Source: Chiloscyllium plagiosum
Taxonomy: Eukaryota
NCBI RefSeq assembly: GCF_004010195.1
Contig: NC_057718.1
Location: 45,744,322 to 45,808,321 of the forward strand
Direction of reading: 5' to 3'
DNA length: 64,000 nt
The notes beneath the pieces are model-generated. The model saw nothing but the letters and a program-made list of their open reading frames with translations. It was not told where the DNA came from and ran no database searches. Shown piece after piece: positions 15,067 to 29,616 of this stretch. The translations under genes were made by a program, and so were the position numbers. Each line of letters begins with the position of its first letter. The stretch's first letter is position 1.

Positions 15067-16838
15067 TTATGCTGTGTTGCCCATCATAAATGACATATTA
15101 TGAAATCTGTTCTTGGGTGTCTTGGTAAAAGGAATAAGCAATAGACAATTATGAATAAATCGATGAAATTTGTCTCTTTGACAGGAAGAAATGTGGGCAT
15201 TTTGTAAATTGCGCTTTCCGGACATTTTCTCACTGGGTCCACAGAAGGTACAATTGTCAGATTTGCATAACATTGAATCAATGACTTGCTTGATGCATTT
15301 GTATACAGCTGTTCAGATAACATTAGTGGCAGCTAAACATAAGTGTAATAGTGACCCTTGATAGCCGTTGATATATTGGCAGTGTAAGTACTTTTGGTGC
15401 AGAGAGTATAAACAGTATGTGGAGCATTTCCTTCCAGTATAACCACCTTAACCTGGCCTCCTTCTGTTTCATCTTCACTTTTCCCCTCATACAGAAATGA
15501 GGGATGGGACGTAAAGAGGAGAAAAATAACCAAGTATAAATGCAAAAGGCAGATGAAATTTAGTTGGCAACAATTTAAAAAAAGAAAATGACTTTTACCT
15601 GCATCTCTCACTGGTTAATAGAGACTGCACAATTTTCTTCTGTGGTGATCAGCAAATCTAGATGCTCATTTTGTATTGATGGAAATGCAAATGAACCAGC
15701 AAATGGAATTTGTGGTATATAAGATCCTTACCTCAGTCATTGTGAGCATCCAAAAAAATGGATAGGTAATCAAAAATCCAGCAGAACACATGTCATGATA
15801 GGTTTTAAAAAGGTAGGAATTCCAAAATTCTCCCCATTTCCTGATGCTGCCCACCACCTTGCTTTTATAACAATTGCTGTGAAAAACGTGTTAGCAATTA
15901 CAGTATTGCACTAGCAACTTGGAAGCTCGGAGTTCAAAGACCAATATGAAAAATTGTAAATTTGAGTTCAGTAACTGCAGGGATTAATGTTAAGGCCTCA
16001 ATTACTTTCAACTTATATCAATGATTATGATGAAGGGACTGGATGGATAGTTGTTGTAATCACCCAAACTCTCACTGTTCTTTTCCAATGCAGCCTTTAG
16101 CCCAGCTATATGAAATTCATTCTCATCCTTTATTGGCAACATACTCTGTTACTACCTTCCTAGCATATATTTCTTTTGAAACCAAATATGAAAGTAAAAT
16201 GAGTATGCTTAAACCTATTTCATTATCTAATCTTACACCAACCGTTATAGTCCATGGAATGACATAAAATACATGCAAACAGCATGAAGATAAAATCTAT
16301 TGTAAAATATTGGTCAACATGTTGCAATTTACTTCCTTTTTTTCCTGTGGCCACGGTCAATACCCAAGGTTAAATGTTTTGTGGTAGCTTCATCTGGGTG
16401 ACCTCTATAAAAGCAGATTGCATCATACCAAGAGTTTTGTGACACAGTGGAATTTAAATTTCAGCGACATCAAAGACTAACTGCTGAGAACACCCAAGGT
16501 CAAAACACAGAATTAACAGGCAACAAAGAGATCTGTAAAATTTCAACAATAGAACCTCAAGCTACAATTTTAATTCCTTTTGCTTGGCAAACTCAAAATA
16601 ATTTTAGCAGGCATAAATTATCAGGATGTATTGCATTTTTGTTCAGTATCATTATAATTAAGTTTTCATGAACACATATTTACAGTAGTTGTCAATCTTC
16701 AAGCATTAAAACAAAGTCCTGGCACATGGTCCTATTTTCAGCAAAATAAATGAAATTAGTTGAATAAAACAGAGATATCTTCACAAATACATTTACCACT
16801 CTTGAGCCACTTGAAAAATGAAACAAATTAACCTGTAC

Positions 16839-17033
16839 CTCAAAATCATTTGCTTTGTTGTAGTGCATATTCAAGGCTCTGAAGAGCTCAGAGTCACGGC
16901 AGACAGTTAACTCCTCAGTGCTTGTTACTCCATCATTAATAGACTGACGAGCGAACTTCTCCATCTGGATGTAGTAAAACTCTCGGAAATTGCTGAACCA
17001 CTTGATAAGCTGTGAGGTGATGCACCTATTAAA
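16839..17033 (-). CDS. PROX1: PROX1 exon 4 (195 nt), homeodomain / prospero domain
   Basis: Encodes FNRCITSQLIKWFSNFREFYYIQMEKFARQSINDGVTSTEELTVCRDSELFRALNMHYNKANDFE. Acceptor TTGACAG|, donor GAG|GTACAG. In frame with exon 3. Confidence 0.97.
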
Positions 17034-20000
17034 CTGTCAATAGGAAAATACAACAGAATGAACAGCTTATTTTTCAATTTGCCACAATATATTTCAGTCA
17101 CTGAAATTCTAAGTCAAATCAAGTGATATATTTGAAAATCTTTAAGAATATTTCAAATAAAATTACAGAAAAATGCTTGCATTATATCCATTTGAAATAC
17201 ATTGTACAATACAGTGCTCTGCTCAGAATTCCTAATGAAGCAGTTTTATGTCAATGTCTACCTGTACACATGGTTAGTTCAATAATAGGTCATTGCAAAC
17301 ACACAACTAAAACATTAAAAAATTTAAGAGATCATTTGATGCTAAGTTCAATTGGAATCCTATTTAGACTATGAACTGAATCCATCATTAGTGTAAATTC
17401 AGTAGAGGCATATTTATTCACACATATTTGCTTGTATGCCACCCAACAAACACCACAAGAGCTGACTACTGCTTATTTCAAGATTGGTTGAAGCAGCTCT
17501 AACAAATTTCACCACTTTTGTGTTTAGCACAATTTCTGATCTAGGAAAGAGTTTAAGTTGATGATAAAATTCTACATTTATATACTTTACTGTCCCCTCC
17601 CAAATGTTTGTTCAGATTAAAAAGCTATGTGTAAGAGACCAAGTGGATCCCCAGAAAATGGAACATTCATGGGGCATTCTCTCACCCAGGGCTGCTTTCA
17701 TGTACTACCTCCACCTGACCTACGTGAGTAAAGGTCTGGAACTGGACTTCCATTTCATCATTTGATCAGTTGATGAAAGAGGATGTTGTTTAAGGAGCAC
17801 ATATTGTACTACAAAAAGGAATCTAATGACATCAAAATTCAATCGCACCCTGAATAGTCATGATGACAGAATAATTTCAGATGAAGAGTTGGTCAAATGT
17901 AATTAAGCACACATTTTCAGAAGTTTACTTTAATAGCAAATATTCCAATTACAGACTTTTTATTCCGTAGTCCTGTATTTATACAAAATACATTACATGG
18001 CCTGTACCTTTAGCGGCCAAACACTAATGCGTGTTCAAGCCATACAGTCATTACAGCACAATAAAAGAAAGAGTTTGGCTTTTAACTTCAGCAGGAGTTC
18101 AACAGACCCCAGCCCCAAAATGATTTGGCTCAAACTTTGATGGAGTTCTTGGAATTGGGTGAAACCTTCAACTCCTTAAACATGATGGTCTATGCCAGAA
18201 GACTATGCTAAAAGCCTCTGGCTTACTGTCCTCAGTTAGACTCAACAAGGTAGGAGGACAATACATTCAATGAATTGTAAGTGAAGCTTGATTCCAGACA
18301 AGCAGAAGTGAGCTCAATTATGTCTGGGTCTCTGCAGATTTTGTTCCTTTTTTTGCCTGAAAATCAGGAACTTTATGGAAGAAAATAGTCGCACAAAAAT
18401 AATTTATCTTTCTGAGGGACCTTTCCATCATCCTCAATGTTTCATCTCAGCAGGCACCCAAAATGCACCTACAGAGATGATAACTTGCTGGATCTGTGTT
18501 AATACTCTTGTGCTGGATGGCTCAATCCAGTTAAAATGTTGGGTGAAGTGCCAATATAAATTTAGAATCTGACCATTTTACAGCCTCCTTGATGTACAAA
18601 ACTAAAGTTTAATATGTTAGAAAATCGTTAATTTTAAAAACTAAGTATTTTTTTACAAAAAGAAGCGATTTGTCAAAGAAGTTAACTGATAATTTAAAAC
18701 TGTCTACCCTCTTCCTACCAATACATCCAGAACTAGTGAAAAGACATTGTTCAAGATTTCAAAATTAGTTTGCAGTATCCATGACTGGGAATTGAAGTGG
18801 CCAAACAGAATGATTTTAGAGTATCTCTTCTATTCCCTCTCCCTTCATAAAAGCGGTTAGGTCATCGCGAGGTTGATAGTAGATATCTCTTGAAGACTAT
18901 GTGGAAGTTTGATTGTGTGTGGTAGCTGGCTTCAGACTTTGTAGCTTGGTGACCCTGAACTCTCATGGAGACTTATTTGACAACAACAAATATTGTCCTC
19001 ATCTGCAACAGGGTCATATGTGCACAAGGTCAGATAAATCTTTATTAGTCAAGTTAAAACCAATACATTTAAACTGGCTATATATATAAGAAAGCATGAT
19101 CCACTGCCTTTTCTCATCATAGACATCTATCATTTTTCTTTTTACAGCAAGGGGTGTGCATTAATCAAAAATCACTGTGAGCACTTATCAAGCATTTGCT
19201 CTGACCATGAAGAGGGCTGCCTGCTTCTATCAAGCTGACAGCTAATGGGTGTGTAATTACAATGCAGAAAGTTGTTTCTATTCCAGTGAATTTAAGATAA
19301 TGAAGTGAATGAAAATTCATGGCAATGAAGGCTAAGTAACAGGGAAACAGAAGTGGAGACTGTTGCAGCTCCCAAAGGCCAGCTTGCATTATAATTGCCT
19401 TCCAGTTGCAAGGGTCCTCACAGATAATTGACCAGAAAATGATTAAGTCATCATCAAATCACTCTGACTGCAAGAGTTCAAACATGTACTTAACCTATCC
19501 AAGAATTATATTTTCACTGTGTGTCTGCTCTGTCTCCATTCAGCCTTGCGGGGACCTGATTAAAAAGACAACTGAAGGACCCCGTTATCTGATTTGCTGC
19601 TGATTTCAATAGAACTTAAACCCATTACTATTTGCTGAACTCAGAGTTCTTTCCATGTTATCTCTGCAGCAAAATACACTGTCCAAATTTCCAGACACTG
19701 AGATAAGAACTACAGGCCCCATGACAACTACTGTTTCTTTTTAATTCTTTTAGTATAAGAAACAAAACATAACAAAACGATAGCAGCCTGCGCACCCGGG
19801 AATGAAAATTGCTTTGACATGGAGATTAAGCTTCAGTATTGTTACAAGACATTGTCCCCTACATACAAGAATAGAGAAAAAGAAAGGGTATTTTTTTCTA
19901 GAATGGCCTGTAGATGACCTAATGGGACTACAAAAAAAAAGTAAGTCCACATGACAGTGTTTGGCAGAAGGGTATAAAGGGAGATTTAAAATCTATTGTT

Positions 20001-22370
20001 ACAGAATTGAAATACCAGAGATGTACTGGCCACAGCAGAGCCACTCAAACATGAGGGCTCAGCATTTAAGACTTCTGTCGCTTTCTGCTTATCAAACATC
20101 AACAGTTCCTGAATTACAGTTTTTTTTTTAAAAAACAAACAAACATCGTAATCTTGATCTTTAAAAAGGTCCTCACTGGTACATCACAAACATGTGAATG
20201 CCACAAGAGAAGGCCTCTTCTTTCTGCAGGCTAGTTGGCCCTACAATGGATTAATGCTTCCCACGGGACATGGGACAATCCCAATGTTTGCTGAAGAAAT
20301 TTCCTAAATATTCAATGAACACACAGTCAAAAGATGTATGAACCAAATCAATTAGACACCTTAATCCAGCTCGGCAATGATCGACTAGGGTTGGACTGAT
20401 TGGGGGGAGCAATTGGATGGAACAGAAAATTGGATATTTTTCTTTAGACAGATGAAACGTCCTGAAGATATCAGTTGCTCTTAAAGCATTATATTAAACC
20501 ATATTGTTTTTCCTCTCCAAAATTAGACTTTAGAAAGTAATTTTGTAAGAATGCACACAGTTACATATTGCCAGTTATTAGCAAAGTGCAGTCACAATAA
20601 ATGCACCTGCGCTTGGAGAACAAAGTGATTCAATATTAGAAGCGAGCTATTGAAGTTCAGGATTTTGTTGCTATTTCAGGTAACCTTCAGGCAGTACAAG
20701 TGTATTGGAAGTCATATTAAATGTAAAGTTGTATATAAGTTTTAACAGAGTCAGACAATATATGGACTACTTTGAAATTCCTTCAGCAAACTCGTTATAT
20801 TAACACTACTCAAATTAATTTTGGCATTACATCAAACATGAGTAATGATAAAATGTCATTACTAAAAACACAAGACCTTTGAATCTCAAAACTGGGATCC
20901 AAGTGTATTAAAATGGTGTGGTTACTCAAATTCCTATTGTACAATATGATAGTCTTATCAAGCAAATTAAGTGATGAATAAATATGTGTAGGGCACCAAA
21001 TGGAAACTGTCACCATATCCATTTTTTTGCATGCTACTATCACCAAAGTTGAAAGCAGTCTGAGTCGCATTTATGAGGGTGAAAAAGGAAAGAGGATTGT
21101 AAATGGTCCAAATGAAAAATAAAACTAAAAAAGGCATTTCAGAAAATTTATAATGCTGTCAATTGCACAAACCAGTTATTTTGCTGCATGATATATTCCT
21201 CTCAGAATTCATTTCCAAGTTTCAAAGATTCAATTGATTCACTTTTTGTTTCCAAAATAACTTGGGAATATCGCATCAAAATTCAATTACTGCAAAATGT
21301 ATTTTAATGCAACTACTGAAAAGAAAGATTTTATGCCTAAAATCTTTGTTCTGATTTAGTTTTAGCATAAATCTTACTTTTACAATTACTGGTAGTATTC
21401 TGGGTTAGTAAATGGTCAATGACAGGAACACAGTACATAATATGGAGTTCATGAATATTAAGTTCTCTCTGAATCTTGGGACATCAGATGATAAAAAGGA
21501 CAAAACACCATCAAAAGCTTCTAGAAATAGGCCTTAGTTGCATTTATAACAAATAAAAGTTGTTTTCAATAAAAAAAAAATGACCTCAGGCACATTTAAT
21601 GGACGTTAAACCATGCAATCAAGAGGCACTTTTATTTTAATAATGTGCTATTGCTGGCAATCCCTTGTGCCCACCACGACCAATAGTGCACTAGAATATA
21701 AATGAAGTGAACTTCATACTTCCGTAGGTCTCGAGACTGCCTGTCAAAAGTACAGAAAACATCCAGGGCACAGTGCAGAACAGAAGAAAGGGGCACCACT
21801 CTGCAACAATAGTATTTATAGCCCTTTTTCTTAAAAAAAACATGACAACTGCTAAAAGTAAATGATTTCACAGTCCTGTTAAAGCCAGTGCATTTACACA
21901 CGGCTGCATTTTAAGTTTGCTGTAGCAACAGAATTGGAGGCAGATGAGGCCGCAATTTCACATCACCAAGCAGTGTACTAGTTCATGACATGTTTTGGTC
22001 TGTAACTAGCTTAGTAAAAGCTGGACTGGGTGTGTGATGGCTGCTCTGAAGATAAAGACTTGAATTTGAGTTAGTATGCAGGCTCCCCAAGGTTGAAACA
22101 CAAACAGGGGGTGGAGGAATCTTCCCAGTGTCAATGGAGAGACTAACTCTAACAGAATTTTTTGTCTACTCCCTGATACTGACCTCCCCTCTGATAATAA
22201 GTCAAAGGGATGCTTGTCATTTGCCTGGCAGTGGTGACCACTTTATATTTTTAAGTTTGTAGAAGATCTTCAGAACTCTTTCTCCCAACATCATCAGCAA
22301 ATGTCATTTGACACAGGGATTCCAATCTAGTAATGCTGGAGGGCATCCTACTGGGCAACCAATTTCAGGA

Positions 22371-23796
22371 GGGTAAAAACAATGACTGCAGATTCTGGAA
22401 ACCAGATTCTGGAAAGAGTGGTGCTGGAAAAGCACAACAGTTCAGGCAGCATCCGAGGAGCTGGAAAATCAATGTTTCGGGCAAAAGCCCTTCATCAGGA
22501 ATACAGGCAGAGTGCCTGAAGGGTGGAGAGGTAAATAAGAGTAGGGTGGGGGTGGAGAGAAAGTAGTATAGAGTACAATGGGTGGATGGGGCAGGGATGA
22601 AGGTGATAGGTCAGAGAGGAGGGTGGAGTGGAAGGGTGGAAAGGAAGATAGGCAGGTAGGACAAGTCATGGGGACAGTGCTGACTGGAAGTTAGCAACTA
22701 GGGTGAGGTGGGGGGGGAAAAGGGGAAATGAGGAAACTGTTGAAGTCTACATTGATGCCCTGGGGTTGAAGTGTTCCGAGGCCGAAGATGAGGCATTCTT
22801 CCTCCAGGCATCGGGTAGTGAGGGAGCGACGTTGAAGGAGGCCCAGGACCTCCATGTCCTCAGCTGAGTGGGAGGGGGAGTTGAAATGCTGGGCCACAGG
22901 GCGGTGGGGTTGATTGGTGTGGGTGTCCCGGAGATGTTCCCTAAAGCGCTCTGCTAGGAGGCGTCCAGTCTCCCCATTGTAGAGGAGACCGCATCGGGAG
23001 CAACGGATACAATAAAATGATATTGGTGGATGTCCAGGTAAAACCTTGATGGATGTGGAAGGCTCCTTTAGGGCCTTGGATAGAGGTGAGGGAGGAGGTG
23101 TGGATGCAATTCCTGCGGTGGCAGGGGAAGGTGCCAGGATGGGAGGGTGGGTTGTAGGGGGGCGTGGACCTGACCAGGTAGTCACGGAGGGAACGGTCTT
23201 TGCGGAAGGCGGAAAGGGGTGGTGAGGGAAATATATCCCTGGTGGTGGGGTCCATTTGAAGGTGGCGGAAATGTCGTCGGATGATTTGGTTTATGCGAAG
23301 GTTGGTAGGGGGGCGTTCTGTCCTTGTTAGGGTTGGAGGTGCGGGATGTGGACGAGATGCGTTGGAGGGCATCTTTAACCACATGGGAAGGGAAATTGCG
23401 GTCTCTAAAGATGGAGGCGATCTGGTGTGTTCTGTGGTGGAACTGGTCCTCCTGGGAGCAGATACAGCGGAGGCGGAGGAATTGGGAATATGGGATGGCA
23501 TTTTTGCAGGAGATAGGGTGGGAAGGAGGTGTAATCCAGGTAGCTGTGGGAGTCGGTGGGTTTGTAAAAAATGTCGGTGTCAAGTCGGTTATTATTAATG
23601 GAGATGGAGAGGTCCAGGAAGGGGAGGGAGGTGTCAGAGATGGTCCAGGTAAATTTAAGGTCAGGGTGGAATGTGTTGATAAGTTGATGAATTGCTCAAC
23701 CTCCTCGCAGGAGCACGAGGTGGCACCAATGCAATCATCAATGTAGCAGAGGAAGAGGTGGTTGGTGATGCCAGTGTAATTACGGAACATGGACTG
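22371..23796 (-). mobile_element. 5'-truncated Penelope-like retroelement (RT C-terminus, GIY-YIG, terminal repeat; family A)
   Basis: CYIDDCIGA, IPYSQFLRLRCICS, FYCIRCSRCGLLYNGETGRLLAERFREHL. Possible short TSD TTCAGGA at 22364 and 23797. Confidence 0.92.
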
Positions 23797-26700
23797 TTCA
23801 GGATCCAACCTAATGTCTTCAATGGGTAGGCGCTGCCATTAAATTGGCCAACTATTTCAAAAATCATTTCCAGGATCCTGCCAATATCTCTAGGCTCCTG
23901 ACCCAGAGTTCATCACCACACCAGGATTGTGTGCAGAATGCTTCCTTTCTTGCCACCAATTGAATGAGTAGAACTTTCCAATGGGAGAAATAAAGAAAAC
24001 AAATATACTGGAATATTTAAAGTTTCGGTCCTGTACTTTAGTCTAAAGACAAGTATTGTTCAGACAGACTATGGAGTAGTTGGAAAACATCGATGAATGA
24101 TTTCCCCAATTCGTGACAGAATTTATTAAACTGAGTTTCCATGCACAGATGACTCGAATGACAAGAGTGGAGGCCTTTTAGCCCAGAAACCTGCTTCACA
24201 GAGTTGTGAAATTAAAAAAAAAGGATTTTAAAATGAATCCATAGAATCTAATACTTTTAACTGACCAATGAGTTTACCACAATCATGGCTGGCCATCTAA
24301 ACCATGTTCCATTTTCATCAAAGCCAGAAATGGGAGCGTTTAGTTGCTGTTCCAGATTTTTAAAATCTCTAACATGATTCCAATCCATCTATCTTTGAAA
24401 GTGCAGGTTTGACCCACGGTTCTTTTACAGCTATAACATTCTCAAATTCTAGGGAAGAATAGTGAAGTCAATGGTGAAACCATTTTGCTAGTGTATAGAG
24501 ATTGGAAAAAGTTCATCCAGTGAAGGCCATAGATTATATTTCCAGTCACCATTTCACCCGCATTGAATTTAGTATGGCATGAATTCAAAGGCAGAAGCTG
24601 TTTGCATTTTCAATGTGAAATTGAAAGCAACAAACTGTTCTGCTTTGTGACAAACTGAAGTCAAAATAATATTTTAATTTGGCTTCCATTTGCTATCCTA
24701 TAAGTGGGTAAGTGGAGTTCTTGAAGTTTGATCTCACAACTCAAATGCAAATTTAATCACTGCTGCTAAGCAAGTCTATAACTCTAGTAGTTTTTTTATT
24801 GCTCATATTCAGACATAGATTGAAATCATAAAAAAGAGGAATGTAAAGAATCAAATGCAATGACGACATACGAAGTAGAAGAATTTTTTTTCTGAAAAGT
24901 AAAACGGTCAATGGCAACCAGAGAATTCCTTCATTAGAACTATAATTCCAATTGTGTAAATAAGTGAGAATTATTGTTGAAAAGATGAAGACCAGCAATT
25001 CCACTCTCAGAATTACTCACGTCCATCCACGCGGGTTAGTAGTCCATTCCAATTGTATTGACACATTCATGAAAATCATCTCAGGCACTATTCACAGTGA
25101 GTCAAACCATTGAGAGTGAAGAAATTAAAAGGAATACAAACAAACAAGGTACATACATACATACATACAAAATTAGAGGGAAAGGACAGTGAATATTTGT
25201 GAAAAGTCAGCTCAACTCAGTGGTCGCAACATTACCTTAGAAAGTCAGCATGTTGTGGTTTCAAGCCCTCTCCCAGAATGTGAACACATAATCTAGATTG
25301 ACACTTCAATACACCGAAAGAGCTGAATTGTTGGAGATGTCACTTCATAGGTCGTTAATTGGCTATAAAGTGCTGTGGGATGTCATGAGGATGTGAAAGG
25401 CACTATATGAATGTAAATATTTTCTTTCCAGTTAATCTCCACCTAATTCCTGTTTTCTGGAGTGCATGTGTAATGTTTATCTGATGTATGAGCATTGTTT
25501 AACCTAACCTATTCCCTTTATGTCACTGCTCAATGATGCCTTATGGGTAAACTGTGGAAAAAAAGAGGCAGCCTTTGGATCAATTGGGGGTTAATCATTC
25601 AGAGAAGGGAAATATACACACATTATATTAAAGGGTATCTTGATGAAATTAATGATTATAAATTTTATATTTTCTTTTGGACAATTCAGATCATGAAAAC
25701 TCATGATATTAAAAGCTCAATTAGTCTGTCATAAAACATTGCATTCATACGAAATACTGAAAACAAATATCATCTACCAATTTCAGCTTTTATTGAAGTG
25801 ATATTAATAATTTGATAATTTGGGAAATTTCAAAATATGCAATGTCTGTAAAAATATTTTTAAAAATTCATCAAAACTTAATTCTTAAGTCCCTCACTTA
25901 AGGCAAGTATTAGTAACCATTTACTAGTTTCTGCTATTAATAAGTATGAATCACATTAATAATAATCTTGGACACATTGCAATGTGGTGCACAAATGCTG
26001 CTGCAAATCTCAAGAGGTAAGATTGATTTACAACTCCGCAACTTTTAAAACATAATTACTGCATTTCAACCAAACACTTCATATTAGTGTTACACTCAAT
26101 ACAGTGCAGTACTTCAAAAATGAGGATATTACTTAACACAACTAAGTTTGTTTTCCTAACCAAGCTAGAGTTTACTTTCTCTTTATTTTAAAACTTGCAT
26201 ACATAGGAGTGTTAACACAACTCTATTAACATCTTACAATATATTAAAAGATTGGAAAACACTGTCAGCCACAGAAGGTTGAGACCCAGGAAATGTCCAG
26301 GAATTGATTCAATTCAATACTATCTCTTTGTTAATGCTGCATTTTAAAATTAGAAAGAAAAAGTTAAGATTTACCACAGATAGGGGAAAACAAAATCACA
26401 TTCTTAATATCATCAGCATACTTGACAAGGAATGTAATGATAATTTTGCTGATATTTCTTCAGTAAGAAGGTACTGTATAGGATCTGGTTGTTTTCTTGA
26501 ATTGAAAAGTAACAAAGTAAATTCTACCACACACAAGTGAAATGATGACCAAATGACGATGGTTTTGTTAAATTACCAAAAGCAATAGAATGTTATTGAT
26601 AAAATTACGAAAATTATTCATGGCCGATAAAAATATTAAGTTTTTGCAACAATCTTTAAGGCCTTTGTGGATGAGGAGGGGGAGGCAAACAATTTACAAT

Positions 26701-26951
26701 GTGAAGGGAAAAAAACAACACAAATTAGGGTTAAATAAACCAGCAGGGAGGGTGCAGCTGTGACTGGACAGCCTTCACATTCTCATTTGAATAATGTGGC
26801 CTGAATCTGTCAGTTTACGCATTCTCCTTATGCTCAGTCTATGCCACATCAAAAACAAATTAAAGTAGTAAATAGAAAACAATAACCACCATTGTTTTTC
26901 TTGTTGCAATGGCTGTGGCAAGGAGGGCATAATCATGCTTCTCTTGCTTAC

Positions 26952-27059
26952 CTTCACATCAGAGAAGAACATCTTTAGCATGTTGGAGCTAGGGTACCGG
27001 GTGTAGAAGAACATCAGCTTGGCCTTTTTCAGGTGATTAGGTGACAGTCCTTCCTGTAT
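26952..27059 (-). CDS. PROX1: PROX1 exon 3 (108 nt), start of the prospero-type homeodomain
   Basis: Encodes [36 protein letters not shown]. Preceded by U12 branch site TTTTCCTTGAC and acceptor CAC|, followed by donor AAG|GTAAGC. Confidence 0.97.
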
Positions 27060-29616
27060 GTGAGATGCTGTTTGTCAAGGAAAATATACAAAGCAATTAT
27101 GGAAACAAGGCTGTTTGGAGAGGACCGAGCTGCAGAGCAACCCCTTAGTCACTAGGCAAGTGAGTGAACAAATCGAAAAGAACATCAGCTGCCGATATTC
27201 AATGGTCAAACAATATGCACTTGTTCAATTTGAGGTTAATCCAACAAAAGATGCTCATTTTTTAAAAGAAAAATATTTTGTGAAATGCATTTCTTCATCA
27301 TTAAGCAGAACAGTCTTATTATAATGATGGTTATAAGAACATTTTAATCAAAAGCAGTAAATGATTACTCCACTAATACAGCTATTCATCAGCTCCAACA
27401 AGAAATGAAAACTGTAACCACTATTGTGTTGCAGCAGAATAATTCACAATCTGCATTAAAATTTAACAAGTAGGATTAAGATGCAAAAGAAATTCACAAA
27501 ACAAAAAGAGTATTATTATAAAGTTAAAAATTAAACATGTTGACTCATAGCAGAGAACATTGTATGCCTAGAACCCTTAGACAGAGAGGTCACCGGGTAG
27601 ATCTGGAGATATCTGACCTGTATAAGGGTACTGAACCAAGATGTATCAAGGGCTCATTTTCTGACAGTCAAAAAGTCCCCAGGGGACAACTGATCAATAA
27701 ATTCTTTCGTACAATGATAAAGAATCCTATTTATCTGCAAATATTATTACCCTTCAGCTCAGTAGACAAAAGCTGCCTAAAATAGTTCCCAAGAGAAAGT
27801 TTAATGAGAGGCTAAGCGTAACAATCTAGAAATTCCGATTTTCATTCAGCTTCCTTGACACTCTTATGTTTTGTACATCAGTATGGTTTTGGCACAACTG
27901 TGCTGCAGATCGCTGACCATCTCCTTCATAAGTTAATGGCTTTAGAATTCATCAGAAATGAAAATGTATTCAAAAAAAAAAAATCAATCTGGATCCCAGA
28001 TAGTCAATTAAAGGGTCCTTTTCAGAAGTTATTCCAAAAGCGTGATTTGTTTAAAAAAGACTGAGTTTAAGGGCAAAAATGCTGTTAATTACTTGTGTAG
28101 CTTTGGAAGTTAAGAAAAGACCTAAAAACTTATTTCAAAAGGTGAAACCATTGTAAAAGAAGATCTTATCAAAGTGAACAAACTCTAACAACTCAATCAA
28201 GCTGGTCCTTTGTGTTTCCGAAACTTAATGATGGTGGAGTTGATAACTCATGATTGACATGCTTCTTGTACCAAGAGGAAAAGAGTTAAAAAACCTTCCG
28301 TCACCTCCATTAGACAGAGAGTGAAGACTAAAGGAGCATTACTCTCCCCACTGCCATCTGTCATAATGCATAAGTGAAATAATGATAGCAAATGAAAAGG
28401 AAATGCAGCAAGCTGTCCTGTACTGGTCCACAAAGTGCAGGATATTAAAGCAATCAATATCTGCTTGCATTGTTGGGTACAACGGAAAGACTAGAAACAA
28501 ACAAGTCCCTCAACAGGTTTAAAGATGTGTGATCCAAGAGTCACAAAGCAGAAATTTACATGTGGAAAACTGTTGACCTGATTAGATTTCACCTTCGAGA
28601 TTTTGAGCCAAGTTATGATTTTAAATTAGATTCAGCAATGTATTATCTTAAAAATGTGTTTGTCAATTCCAGCTCAATTTCACAAATTCAAAAATCAACT
28701 TGTGGTTTCTACGTTTTTCCAGGAAGAAATGTGATTAAAATACAACTGAATTGACAGTATTAGTTTGTAAATGTAGAAATGCTAAACACTATTTTTAAAT
28801 TTAGCCTTTTGCTTGGAGATCCAGTGGAAGGTTGATCCCAACATACGGTGTTCATTCAAATGGAAGATTCAGGCCATAACCATTATGGAACATTTTAACT
28901 TTTAACAGACCATGATCATATTTTTAAATAGACACTTAGAACACAGTTAGAGGAATAAATGAATTGCTTACAAACAAACAGTCTCAGTTGCAAAAGTAGC
29001 AAGTATTACTTATTCTTTTACTTCAGTCATTCTTTTACTTTAACCTTTTGCCTTGGAAGGATGTGAAATGTACAGTCAAGGATTTCCACCTATACTTGGT
29101 CAACTCAACAGGCTATACAAAAATCAGAATTAAAGTCCTTCTACAATTTGTTCAAAACTGGTAAACTTGCCATATTCTGCTAATCCAGCACTTTTAGGGC
29201 ACAATCTCTGATCTTCTGGTTGTGAATCCAATATCTAATGTTGGTATCAGATTACGCAAGTCATTTGTTTTGTTTTTAAAAAGTAATCAAATAGTGCAAA
29301 TGAAAAACAAAAATCAGTAACTGGTAAAGCAGAAGTTCTAAAAGCCTCTACTGTTGGAAAGTAACTTCACGATAATTAACACTCAAATTATTATTTCAGA
29401 TTTGCCAAAGTAGTAAAAGTCCCATAAGATCATGAGTTAAATAAAACAATCTTACAGGCTTGCATGTGTTTTGCCAGAAGCACTTTGGCAAACAAGATTA
29501 TAACCGTACTTATCATATTGAAAACCTCTCAAAGATGCAAATAGAGAAATTGTTAGACAATGTTGAACAAAACACTATTTTAAAATCTAAATAAAATTGC
29601 AAATTTCAGTAAATGG

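Noticed and set aside
15084..15323. Minus-strand ORF containing VDPVRKCPESAIYKM, faintly like the missing PROX1 last exon (VDPSWKKAIYKV)
   Set aside because: No VPERFLEV or KLDSEVPE context and wrong spacing, while the other exons are highly conserved. Treated as chance; the last exon probably lies outside the window.
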